From the NCBI RefSeq assembly GCF_051117345.1, contig NZ_JBNPEC010000007.1, forward strand, positions 1 to 61,915: a stretch of 61,915 nucleotides of DNA, given 5' to 3'. The notes under the pieces were generated by a model. The model was not told the DNA's origin. It worked only from the letters and a program-made list of their open reading frames with translations, and ran no database searches. Shown here in pieces: positions 28,969 to 37,880 of this stretch. Origin of the DNA: Alcanivorax sp. (GTDB lineage: Bacteria; Pseudomonadota; Gammaproteobacteria; Pseudomonadales; Alcanivoracaceae). How positions within the stretch are numbered: position 1 is the first letter of the stretch; each line of letters starts with the position of its first letter. The translations under genes were made by a program, and so were the position numbers.

Positions 28969-29898
28969 TCAGGCACGCTTGCCCGGCACGAATTCCTTGG
29001 TCAGATACGGCGTCAACAACCCGGTTTTCGGGTGCAGCAGCTTTTCCTTGTAGTACTCCAGATAGGCGCTGGTATCGTGATCGCTGGGGTGAAAGTCCCG
29101 GCGGGTGTAATCCAGAATATGTTTGATGGTGCTACCGAAGACACCCTCTTCAGGTCCGGCCAGTACCGCCAGGCTACGCTTCACATCTTTCCAGTAACGG
29201 GGGCTCAGCAAGTTACGCGGTTTGCGCATCACCGGAATCAGCGACGCCGCAACCGGAACAAGGAAAACGATGGTGAATGCCGCCAAGCCAAAACCACGCA
29301 TACGCAGGGCATAGTCACCGGACAATTCCTGGAACACGTCGTAGGCAACATCCTTATGCTCCGACTCTTCCAGCATGTGCCACATCCACAGGGCCCGCTG
29401 CTTCTCGTCCAGGGATTCATAGAAGATGTCTTCGTTCTTCATCATGTATTCCGCCAGCACCGCGGTGAAATGCTCAATGCCTGCCATCAATGACAGCTGC
29501 ATGCGGTTGGACAGTTTCTTGAAGCCGTGGTCAAACACCTTGTCGGCAAGATAGCGATACAGGCCTACCGGATAACGGTGCTGGGCCAGCACATCGTTGA
29601 ACTCGTTGTGCATCTTGGAGTGGATGGCTTCCTGACCGATCAGGGCAGTTACCAGACGCTTGAGCTCGGGATCCTTCACAAACTGACGGTGGTAACGAGC
29701 GGTATCGATCACCAGATCTTCGCCAAAGGTCAGAAAGATAGACAGGGCTTCGAAATACGCCGACGCCAGCTCCGTGTTTCTGAAGAAGGTATCGTCCAGT
29801 TGCTTGGCATCGAACTGAAAATCCATGTGGCGAATCGGCATCTCAGGCCGTTTCTGAGCAGTTTTCGACACGTATTGATGAATCGTTGCAGTCGTCAT
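28969..29898 (-). CDS. predicted metal-dependent hydrolase family (PF10118-like)
   Basis: FGE, GQEAIHSKMH, IEHFTA, WHMLEESEHKDVAYDV, FHP motifs; start taken at MTTATIH. Confidence 0.85.
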   Translation of the reverse strand: MTTATIHQYVSKTAQKRPEMPIRHMDFQFDAKQLDDTFFRNTELASAYFEALSIFLTFGEDLVIDTARYHRQFVKDPELKRLVTALIGQEAIHSKMHNEFNDVLAQHRYPVGLYRYLADKVFDHGFKKLSNRMQLSLMAGIEHFTAVLAEYMMKNEDIFYESLDEKQRALWMWHMLEESEHKDVAYDVFQELSGDYALRMRGFGLAAFTIVFLVPVAASLIPVMRKPRNLLSPRYWKDVKRSLAVLAGPEEGVFGSTIKHILDYTRRDFHPSDHDTSAYLEYYKEKLLHPKTGLLTPYLTKEFVPGKRA

Positions 29899-29966
29899 TA
29901 GGTCACCTGTCCGATGAGGGCAAAGCCGATAATGTTGCGCGCCATGGAGGTTAGTTGGGCGCGCAC

Positions 29967-30023
29967 TACTGTTACATTGACGAGTGACACAATAAAGCGA
30001 ATGCTTGTTCGGATTCAATTCGG
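29967..30023 (-). promoter_or_regulatory. promoter/operator block 2 (putative TetR site)
   Basis: 29989-30023 is 33/35 identical to 25665-25699, plus a shared TACTGTYACATTG at the same offset. Confidence 0.75.
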
Positions 30024-30411
30024 TTCAACTTTGCTCAGCCACCCCTGCCTTCCCATTTATTCATGCCGATCTTCAGGTATCACAGCGGAGCCCATTACAT
30101 CGGCAGAAAAAACAATAAGGTGCTGTATTATATGGAAAAAATATGATCCCGGGGAGGCATTCCAAAACATGTCTGCCTGTTTCGCGACAAGCCTCTTTTC
30201 CACAGCCCAGACACGCCATTCCCCATTCATCGCCAAAACCGAGCACCGCGTTCGGATTTAGACCTCACAATAGGACACGATTTGCTTAGAGTCCGCCCTC
30301 TATCACCCAGCGGGGGACGCTTTACCTTATAACAGAGCATTACAATCTATGGGTAGGAAAAGCCCGGACACCCGGCAACAATGAAACAAATCAATGACTA
30401 TCGGGGTGCCC

Positions 30412-30885
30412 ATGCTCAACAAGGAAAAGCTGAATCAATCAAAAGTCCTGCAAATGGTGGACTGGCAGTTCAATCGCTACCTGTCCATGCAGTTGCTGCC
30501 ATTGCTCTATCTGCTGATGATTATCGGCGCGGTATTGCTGGTGGGCTTTATTGTGGCCGCCAGCTTTTCCAGTTCGCTATGGCTGGGGCTGGCCACCGCC
30601 ACCCTGTCGCCGCTGATTCTGCTGGTGATGGTCGCCATTGTCCGGGCCGCCCTGGAGTATCTGGTCATGGCCCACCGCACCATGAATATCGTGGAGAGCA
30701 TGAATGCCCTGCCTGATCAGGTGGCCAAGGTGGAAGGCCGGGTCCAGGAACTCTGCACCCAGGTAGAGGACATTCACGGCACCGTGGTCCAGCTGCGCCC
30801 CCTGTTACGCTCCGCCGGCCTGCCCGGCCGTCTGCTGGATTCCCTGCGCAAGGGGGAAGGCAAGGAAAACGGTGGCGACAAATAA
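30412..30885 (+). CDS. DUF4282-like membrane protein
   Basis: DWQFNRYLS..LLP.LY, two TM helices, IVRAALEY, short coiled coil. Confidence 0.65.
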   Translation: MLNKEKLNQSKVLQMVDWQFNRYLSMQLLPLLYLLMIIGAVLLVGFIVAASFSSSLWLGLATATLSPLILLVMVAIVRAALEYLVMAHRTMNIVESMNALPDQVAKVEGRVQELCTQVEDIHGTVVQLRPLLRSAGLPGRLLDSLRKGEGKENGGDK

Positions 30886-30999
30886 GCCCACCTGACACGC
30901 GACGCTTTCAGCCATCGCAATTGCCGGCTTTTTAAGGTGTAATTCCTCTCCTGCGGACGCCTGCCAGGGCGTCCACACCCGTTTTCGCAAGGAGTCACC

Positions 31000-31965
31000 A
31001 TGTCGTTACCCGCGTCCCTGCAAGACCGGCTGCGCCTGCCAGCCGTCGCTTCCCCCATGTTTATTGTCTCCAACCCGGATCTGGTCATTGCCCAGTGCAA
31101 AGCTGGCATCGTCGGTTCCTTCCCGGCACTGAACGCCCGCCCGGCGGAAGAGCTTGAGGTGTGGCTGAAGCGGATAACCGAAGAGCTGGATGCCTGGAAC
31201 CAAGCCAACCCGGACCAGCCGGCAGCGCCGTTTGCAGTCAACCAGATCGTGCACAAGTCCAACAACCGGCTACAGCACGATCTGGAACTGTGCGTGAAGT
31301 ACAAGGTGCCCATCGTGATCACTTCTCTGGGCGCCCGCGTGGACGTGAACGAGGCGATTCACAGCTACGGCGGCCTGGTATTCCACGACATCATCAACAA
31401 CTTCTTCGCCAAGAAGGCCATCGAGAAAGGCGCCGACGGCCTGATCGCCGTGGCCGCCGGAGCAGGCGGGCACGCTGGAACCCAGTCACCATTTGCGCTG
31501 GTGCAGGAAATCCGCGAATGGTTTGACGGCCCTGTGCTGCTTTCCGGCTCCATCGCCAAGGGTGACGCCATTCTCGCCGCCCAGGCCATGGGCGCAGACC
31601 TGGCCTATATCGGCTCGGCCTTTATTGCCACTGACGAAGCCAACGCGGACGAACGCTACAAGCAGTCCATCGTCGACAGCAGCGCCAGCGACATTATCTA
31701 TTCCAACCTGTTCACCGGGGTCCATGGCAACTACCTGCGCAGCTCCATCGAAGCCGCCGGGCTGGACCCGAACGACCTGCCGGAAAGCGACCCGTCGAAG
31801 ATGGATTTCGGCGATGGCAGCTCGAAAGCCTGGAAAGATATCTGGGGCAGCGGCCAGGGCATCGGCGCCATCAAAAAAGTCGGCCCGGCCAGCGAACTGA
31901 TCGAGCGACTCAAGCAGGAATACAGCAGCGCCCGCCAGCGGATGGATCAACTGCCCTGGAAATAA
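31000..31965 (+). CDS. nitronate monooxygenase / 2-nitropropane dioxygenase family flavoprotein
   Basis: SPMFIVS, GSFPALNARP, AVNQIVH, GAGGHAG, AMGADLAYIG, WKDIWGSGQG. Confidence 0.9.
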   Translation: MSLPASLQDRLRLPAVASPMFIVSNPDLVIAQCKAGIVGSFPALNARPAEELEVWLKRITEELDAWNQANPDQPAAPFAVNQIVHKSNNRLQHDLELCVKYKVPIVITSLGARVDVNEAIHSYGGLVFHDIINNFFAKKAIEKGADGLIAVAAGAGGHAGTQSPFALVQEIREWFDGPVLLSGSIAKGDAILAAQAMGADLAYIGSAFIATDEANADERYKQSIVDSSASDIIYSNLFTGVHGNYLRSSIEAAGLDPNDLPESDPSKMDFGDGSSKAWKDIWGSGQGIGAIKKVGPASELIERLKQEYSSARQRMDQLPWK

Positions 31966-32130
31966 AGCGGCAAGCTGCAAGCCCCAAGCTACAACGCGCC
32001 AGAAATTGGTATTGCACTGAAACGCATGGGGCCGCGATCAGAACTTGAACGCGGCCTCTTGCTGTTTTCCCAGAACAAACCCAAACCGCGTTGTAGCTTG
32101 CTGCTTGGAACTTGTAGCTGCCCACTGCTT
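31966..32130. repeat. heptamer-flanked hairpin element, copy C
   Basis: GCAAGCT-GCAAGCC-CCAAGCT-ACAACGCG ... GCATGGGGCCGCG / CGCGGCCTCTTGC ... CGCGTTGT-AGCTTGC-TGCTTGG-AACTTGT. Confidence 0.8.
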
Positions 32131-32185
32131 CTCCCCACCAACCGCGTTACCATGAAGTCATCTCCCGTGAACGAGGAGAGACTCC

Positions 32186-33394
32186 ATGCGACGGTTCGGT
32201 TTCTGCTTGCTCGCCGCCCTGATGATCCCAGACGGCGAAGCGCAAAACTGGCATAGCCCCCACCCCTGGCGAGCGGACGCCGTGGTGAATGGGCGTGCTC
32301 GTGACTACAACAACGAATACTTTCTGCATGCCTTCAGCTATCGCCACCTGATCGACCACCCTTCCCCTCTCGAAGAAGGCATTCGTGGCACCGCCGGCAG
32401 CCTCACCAGCGACCGCCTTTACATGGACTTTCGCTACCATCAGAGTTTCGCCTTCGACAACCCGGATCAGGCCTTTACTCTGGATATTCAGCGCGCCGAG
32501 GACTTTGACGGCAGCTACGACCGTCAACTGGTGGGCTTTCGCCAGACAGTGGCGCAACGCTGGCAGCTTTCCCTGCAGGGGGATGTGTTCAGTGACAAGT
32601 CCCTCACCGATGTCTATTTCGGCGCCCGACGGTTGCACGGCGAAGGAAGCTGGTTGCAACTGAGCCTGGTGCTACCCAATGCCTACTTCAACGACAAGAC
32701 CGACACCGAGAGCGAACTGGTTGACGAACCCCGCACGCTTTTCGCTCAGTGGCACCAACAGCATAGCGCCGGGGTCAGCACCACCCTGTCGGTCAACCAC
32801 ACCCCGGATGCCACACTGAACGACCGTGCCCGGGGTGACCGGGTAACCAGCCAGCAGACACGGATTGCCCTGCGTCACCGCGCACAGCACGGTGACTGGC
32901 AGTGGCAGGCGGATCTTCACGGGGAACGGACCCGCCGCCAGCACCAGCTGGATGAACGCATGGCCCAACAGGCATTTCGCCGTGACATGGCCTCACTCAC
33001 CCTGGCCGTGCGCTACCAGTCCCATCGCTGGCAACCCCTTCTCGGCACCCGCTATTTCTGGCTGGACGAGGACGGCTGGTTTGGCCGTGAGCTCAATGGC
33101 AACGGCGAAGTCAGACGGCAGGAACCGATGTTGTTCGGTGGTATATCCCTGCCACTGAGCGATACCCAGAGGCTGGCTCCCACCGTCTACCTCAGCCGCC
33201 CGCGAGTAGAGCAGACCGTGAACAGCCAGCAATGGCGAGACCGGGATGACGATGACTTCGTGGGCAAACTGAGTGTGCCCTGGCACATCACGGTGTCAAA
33301 ACAGAACGGCGCGATACTGAGCATCGTACCGTCCGTGCGACTACACCGCTTTGCGTTTGGCGGGGGGAACGTGCAGCTGCATTGGCCACTTTAA
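32186..33394 (+). CDS. hypothetical exported protein, possible outer-membrane beta-barrel
   Basis: Signal-like N-terminus, RBS GAGGAG, alternating aromatic/hydrophobic strands, C-terminus VQLHWPL. Confidence 0.6.
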   Translation: MRRFGFCLLAALMIPDGEAQNWHSPHPWRADAVVNGRARDYNNEYFLHAFSYRHLIDHPSPLEEGIRGTAGSLTSDRLYMDFRYHQSFAFDNPDQAFTLDIQRAEDFDGSYDRQLVGFRQTVAQRWQLSLQGDVFSDKSLTDVYFGARRLHGEGSWLQLSLVLPNAYFNDKTDTESELVDEPRTLFAQWHQQHSAGVSTTLSVNHTPDATLNDRARGDRVTSQQTRIALRHRAQHGDWQWQADLHGERTRRQHQLDERMAQQAFRRDMASLTLAVRYQSHRWQPLLGTRYFWLDEDGWFGRELNGNGEVRRQEPMLFGGISLPLSDTQRLAPTVYLSRPRVEQTVNSQQWRDRDDDDFVGKLSVPWHITVSKQNGAILSIVPSVRLHRFAFGGGNVQLHWPL

Positions 33395-33549
33395 GAGCGA
33401 CAAGCGACAAGCTGCAACGCGTCAGAAACAGTAGCGTGCCAAAACGCAAGAGGCCGCGCCCAGGGATCGGGCACGGCCTCTTACACTTCATAACCAGAAC
33501 AAACCCGTACCGCGTTCTAGCTTGCGGCTTGCGGCTTGCGGCTTGCGCT
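33395..33549. repeat. heptamer-flanked hairpin element, copy D
   Basis: ACAAGCG-ACAAGCT-GCAACGCG ... AAGAGGCCGCGCCC / GGGCACGGCCTCTT ... CGCGTTCT-AGCTTGC-(GGCTTGC)x3; fills the whole gap between two convergent stops. Confidence 0.85.
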
Positions 33550-35058
33550 TCAGCCTGTCACGGAACCAAGCACCGACGCCACCAACCCTTTCTTCTTCAC
33601 CGGCTGGTAATTGCTGAATTCCAGCACGCCATCATCAATGGCGCCATAACGCAGCTTCGGCAGGTCTACCAGATAGTTCTGCACCACCATCCATGGCTGC
33701 TTGGAACCCTGGCGCGGCAGACGATCATCCGCACGCATGACATAACCTGACTGCAGGCCAAGGAAGTTCTCATCGGTAATACAATCGTCTTTGTCGCGGG
33801 GAATCACCGTCTGGGCACCGGTTTTTTCCATATGATTAAGCAAGCGACAGACATACTCGCAGACCAGGTCTGCTTTCAGGGTCCAGGAAGAATTGGTGTA
33901 ACCAAACACCAGCGCCATGTTTGGCACATCACGCAGCATCATGCCTTTGTAGACCAACGACTCACGAGGCTCTACGGCCTTGCCATCAATGGTGCCTTCC
34001 ACCCCGCCAAGCATCTGAACATTCAGGCCCGTGGCGGTAATAATAATGTCTGCCTCCAGCTCCTGACCGGACTTGAGCAGAATACCGTTCTCAGTGAAAC
34101 GCTCGATATGGTCGGTAACGATATCGGCTTCTCCACGGCGAATGGTTTTGAACAGGTCGCCATTGGGCACCGCACACAGGCGCTGATCCCAGGGGTTATA
34201 GCTGGGGCGGAAATGCGTCATGTCCACGTCGTCACCGAGCTGACGCTTGGCGGCTGCAAGCAAGGCGCGCCGCACCAGCTTGGGACGCTGCTTGGACAGC
34301 TTGTACACCAGCCTCTGCAAGCCAATATTACGGGCACGAGACAATTTGTAGACCAGCATCTCCGGCAAGAAACGGCGCATACCCACGGAAATCGGGTCCA
34401 CCTCCGGCACCGTGGCAATATAGGTCGGTGACCGCTGCAGCATGGTCACCTCAGCCCCTTCTTTGGCCATGGCAGGCACCAGGGTCACGGCGGTGGCACC
34501 GGAACCGATAACTACCACTTTCTTGCCTTTATACTGCAGGTTTTCCGGCCAGTGCTGCGGGTGGATGACCTGACCTTTGAAGTCGTCTTCACCGGGAAAA
34601 TCCGGTTTGTAGCCTTCGTCGTAGTTGTAATAACCACTGCAGGAAAACAGGAAGTTGGCGGTAAAGGTTTCCTGCTCACCGGTTTTCTCGTTGGTGGTTT
34701 CCACTGTCCATTGATTCTCATCACTGGACCAGTTCGCCTTGACCACCTTGCGCCCGAAGCGGATGTGCTTCTTGACGCCATACTCTTCTGCCGTGTCTTC
34801 CACGTACTGGCGAATGGAAGGGCCGTCCGCCAGCACCTTGGGGTCGGTCCAGGGGCGGAAGCTGTAGCCCAGGGTGAACATATCGGAATCGGAACGGATA
34901 CCCGGGTACGTGAACAGATCCCAGGTACCGCCAATGCGTTCACGACGCTCGATAATGGCGTAACTGCGGTTCGGGCTCTTGCGGGTCAGGTGGCAAGCTG
35001 CCCCGATACCGGAAAGGCCGGCACCGACAATCAATACATCAACGTGGTTATTAGACAT
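33550..35058 (-). CDS. almA: AlmA/EthA-family flavin-binding monooxygenase (putative long-chain alkane hydroxylase)
   Basis: GAGLSGIG, GGTWDLF.YPGIRSDSDM, FKGQVIHPQHWP, GSGATAVT, P.YNPWDQRLC, GYTNSSWTLKAD. Confidence 0.8.
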   Translation of the reverse strand: MSNNHVDVLIVGAGLSGIGAACHLTRKSPNRSYAIIERRERIGGTWDLFTYPGIRSDSDMFTLGYSFRPWTDPKVLADGPSIRQYVEDTAEEYGVKKHIRFGRKVVKANWSSDENQWTVETTNEKTGEQETFTANFLFSCSGYYNYDEGYKPDFPGEDDFKGQVIHPQHWPENLQYKGKKVVVIGSGATAVTLVPAMAKEGAEVTMLQRSPTYIATVPEVDPISVGMRRFLPEMLVYKLSRARNIGLQRLVYKLSKQRPKLVRRALLAAAKRQLGDDVDMTHFRPSYNPWDQRLCAVPNGDLFKTIRRGEADIVTDHIERFTENGILLKSGQELEADIIITATGLNVQMLGGVEGTIDGKAVEPRESLVYKGMMLRDVPNMALVFGYTNSSWTLKADLVCEYVCRLLNHMEKTGAQTVIPRDKDDCITDENFLGLQSGYVMRADDRLPRQGSKQPWMVVQNYLVDLPKLRYGAIDDGVLEFSNYQPVKKKGLVASVLGSVTG

Positions 35059-35381
35059 TTTCTTTTACCTCCAGCCCTTGGGCCGCCTGGTCTCGGCAGT
35101 GCAAAACATTGACATCATTCAATGGCACCGTTAACTGGCAGACAGAATAGCCGTACTGGCGGGTATGAGAAAAGGCCAAAACAGGCCGTTAATTGGCCCT
35201 GGAGACGGGAAAAATTGCCGCTAGGGACGGCAAGCGTGGCGCAGCCGGCATAAACACTGGGTCTACTTTCCCTGACCGCCTGTCTACCCGCATAGCACCC
35301 ATGCGGTTGGCGACCGGTTATTGCACGCTGATTTTCATAATAAAGTGGTACGGAAGATCCAATGTCATCGTGCCATCACCG

Positions 35382-35403
35382 ATTTGTGACCTCATACACA
35401 TTG
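35382..35403. promoter_or_regulatory. CRP/Vfr-like site
   Basis: ATT-TGTGA-cctcat-ACACA-TT, one mismatch to TGTGA-N6-TCACA. Confidence 0.4.
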
Positions 35404-35495
35404 CTGCCCTGCCCACTTCTGCATACTGCCTGCGCGCCATAGGGGAAAGGCGCTTATGGGGATGGATTACACACTATAATTATAAGGGTACCGGC

Positions 35496-35738
35496 ATGTT
35501 CGATCTGACTGCCTTCGGGGATACGTTCGCCTCTCACTCCTGGCTGTGGATACCAATTTCCTGCGCCACCATTATCAGTCTGCTGTTATGGAGCGGCCGC
35601 ATCCGCCAACCCGGCATGGTCAACCTGTTCGCCGTTGGCCTGATACTGCCCTGCATCAACCTGAGCATGATCGCCACTGGCGCGCTGGTGGCCGCAGATC
35701 AACTGACCCTGGATCTGGTGGCCTTGCTGCCGTTCTGA
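35496..35738 (+). CDS. small hypothetical membrane protein (80 aa)
   Basis: RBS AAGGG, two hydrophobic segments, stop directly followed by a repeat element as for neighbouring real genes. Confidence 0.6.
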   Translation: MFDLTAFGDTFASHSWLWIPISCATIISLLLWSGRIRQPGMVNLFAVGLILPCINLSMIATGALVAADQLTLDLVALLPF

Positions 35739-35741
35739 GAT

Positions 35742-35897
35742 CGGCAAGTTACAAGCCTCAAGCTGCAACGTGGATTAACGCCGCTGTTGACCGTAACGCA
35801 TGAGGCCGCGCCCCATGACCGGAGCGCGGCCTCATGCGTTGAAAACCAGGAACAAGCCCATGGCGCGCAGCAACTTGATACTTGCCACTTGCCCGCG
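35742..35897. repeat. heptamer-flanked hairpin element, copy E
   Basis: GCAAGTT-ACAAGCC-TCAAGCT ... AACGCATGAGGCCGCGC / GCGCGGCCTCATGCGTT ... AACTTGA-TACTTGC-CACTTGC. Confidence 0.8.
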
Positions 35898-36782
35898 CTA
35901 CAGCCCCTGAAGAAATTCCAGCTGATCCGCCACACTGATATCCCTGGCCTCGCCCTGATAGATATCGAAATGACCAATCGGATAGCGCTTCACTGTCGCT
36001 TTCGCCATGGCAGCAGCGGCCTTCTCTGCGGCTGACGCCGGCGCCACGGTATCGGTCTCACAGATCAGCACCAGCGCCGGGCAGGTCACCTTGGCCGCCT
36101 GCGTCACAGGTCGGAACAAGGGCAGCACCAGGCCGATACGCGCCGCCACTTCATTGGGCACACCATCCGGCATCAGCGCGGTATAACCGTCATAGGCATC
36201 ATCACTGGACATGGCCGCCAACTCGCCGGGTTTGCCGGCAGAGGGCAGCATGCGCGGCCCCAGACCCAGCAGGCTGCTGGTCACATCCCAGAGCCCCAGG
36301 CCGGTCATTTTCACAGCCTGGCCGACGCCCGCGTAACGCACCACTTCCAGCACGGAGGCCAGACCATCCATCATCGGACACTGGGCGATGATGCCGGCCA
36401 CGTCCGGCTCCCGGGCTGCCACCGCAGTGACCAGACCACCGCCAAAGGAGGTTCCCCACAGCACAATGCGCTGGTTATCCACTTCCTGCTGCTTGCGCAC
36501 ACAGGCCAGCGCCGCCTGCCAGTCCGCCACTTCCCGGTTGGGCAGCAGCACCTGCCGGGGCATACCTTCACTTTCACCAAAGTGCCGGTAGTCGAACAGA
36601 AACACCGCATAGCCGGCCTTTAAAAAGGCATCCCGAAATGGCTCCAGCCCACAGGCCTTGGTCAGGCCAAAACCGTGGCCCATGACCACGGTCAGGAAAG
36701 GGCCGTCGCCCTCGGGCAAATACAGGTCTCCCCGACAGGACTGGCCATCGCTGACAAATCGTAGTTCACGCATTGTGCTCAT
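35898..36782 (-). CDS. alpha/beta hydrolase (peptidase S15/S9-like)
   Basis: MGHGFG, FDYRHFGESEG.PRQ, WGTSFGGG nucleophile, GHFDIY; RBS AAGGAG before ATG 36782. Confidence 0.9.
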   Translation of the reverse strand: MSTMRELRFVSDGQSCRGDLYLPEGDGPFLTVVMGHGFGLTKACGLEPFRDAFLKAGYAVFLFDYRHFGESEGMPRQVLLPNREVADWQAALACVRKQQEVDNQRIVLWGTSFGGGLVTAVAAREPDVAGIIAQCPMMDGLASVLEVVRYAGVGQAVKMTGLGLWDVTSSLLGLGPRMLPSAGKPGELAAMSSDDAYDGYTALMPDGVPNEVAARIGLVLPLFRPVTQAAKVTCPALVLICETDTVAPASAAEKAAAAMAKATVKRYPIGHFDIYQGEARDISVADQLEFLQGL

Positions 36783-36805
36783 GGATGACTCCTTGGTTGT
36801 TTTTT

Positions 36806-36882
36806 CCACAGAGGGCACGGAGAACACTGAGCTAGCACCCATTACCGGTCTGTTTTCTCTGCGAACTCCGCGCCCTCTGTGG
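36806..36882. repeat. inverted repeat built from 9-bp units
   Basis: CCACAGAGGG-CACGGAGAA-CACTGAG and inverse CTCTGCG-AACTCCGCG-CCCTCTGTGG between cysQ and the hydrolase. Confidence 0.7.
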
Positions 36883-36892
36883 TGAATACGCC

Positions 36893-37708
36893 TTAACCGG
36901 AAATCGCCGGGGCGATAAAGCGCCACTCTTCAATGCTCTGACCCAACACCAGGAAATGAGGGTTGAGAATGTCTTCCTTGTTGTACTGCAGCGGTTCAAA
37001 AGCGGTGTTCACCACCACGCCGCCGGCGGCGGCTACCACCGCGTGGGCGGCAGCGGTATCCCATTCGCTGGTGGGCGCCAGACGCGGATAAATGTCTGCG
37101 CTGCCTTCGGCCACCAGACACAATTTCAGGGACGACCCCATGGAGGCCCGCTCCACCTCACCCACTTCCTCGCGGATAAAGGTTTCCAGCTTTTCCACCG
37201 CTTCGCCACCATGGCTGCGGCTGGCCACCATCACCACCGGCGTGGTACGGGCACGGCACTGGATTGGTTTGCGCTCACCGCCTTCCTCTTTATAGGCACC
37301 CACACCACGGCCACCCAGGTAGGTCACTGCCGTTACCGGCACATGCACCACGCCCAGCACCGGGGTATCCCCTTCCACCAGGGCAATGTTCACGGTGAAC
37401 TCGCCGTTGCGCTTGATAAATTCCTTGGTGCCATCCAGCGGGTCGACCAGCCAGAAACGGGGCCAGTCCTTGCGGTCCGCGTAGGCAATGCCACCGGATT
37501 CTTCGGAAAACACCGGGATCTCCGGCGTCAGCGCCTGCAGCCGCGCTTCGATAATCTTGTGCGCGGCCATATCCGCTTCGGTAATCGGCGACTTGTCGTC
37601 CTTGGTTTCCACCCCCAGGTCATCACGCTCATAAACGGTGAGGATGGCCTGACCTGCCTCACGGGCAATCTCGGCGAGCGGTTCCAGCAGGGTATTAAAG
37701 TCGGTCAT
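36893..37708 (-). CDS. cysQ: 3'(2'),5'-bisphosphate nucleotidase
   Basis: KDDKSPITEAD, FWLVDPLDGTKEF, ASRSH, GSSLK, PTSEWDTAAAH. Confidence 0.95.
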   Translation of the reverse strand: MTDFNTLLEPLAEIAREAGQAILTVYERDDLGVETKDDKSPITEADMAAHKIIEARLQALTPEIPVFSEESGGIAYADRKDWPRFWLVDPLDGTKEFIKRNGEFTVNIALVEGDTPVLGVVHVPVTAVTYLGGRGVGAYKEEGGERKPIQCRARTTPVVMVASRSHGGEAVEKLETFIREEVGEVERASMGSSLKLCLVAEGSADIYPRLAPTSEWDTAAAHAVVAAAGGVVVNTAFEPLQYNKEDILNPHFLVLGQSIEEWRFIAPAISG

Positions 37709-37738
37709 TTCAGATTTCCTATCGTTCAAAATTAGCTC

Positions 37739-37856
37739 CTGTAGGAGCCGGCTTGCTGGCGATCATGCGAGATACAAGTGTCGAAAACCGGTTTTGCCTT
37801 TCGCAACTCGTTACTAGTACCTCGTCACTCTTTCGCTTGCAGGCAAGCTCCTACAG
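37739..37856. repeat. REP doublet (REPIN), GTAG class 3, between nudE and cysQ
   Basis: CTGTAGGAGCCGGCTTGCTGGCGA ... TCGCTTGCAGGCAAGCTCCTACAG. Confidence 0.8.
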
Positions 37857-37880
37857 CAGATGTGTAATGGCGCTCCGGGG

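Noticed and set aside
30030-30400. Possible ncRNA or ORF in the gap upstream of the DUF4282-like gene
   Set aside because: No terminator, convincing structure or plausible coding signal; treated as divergent promoter DNA.
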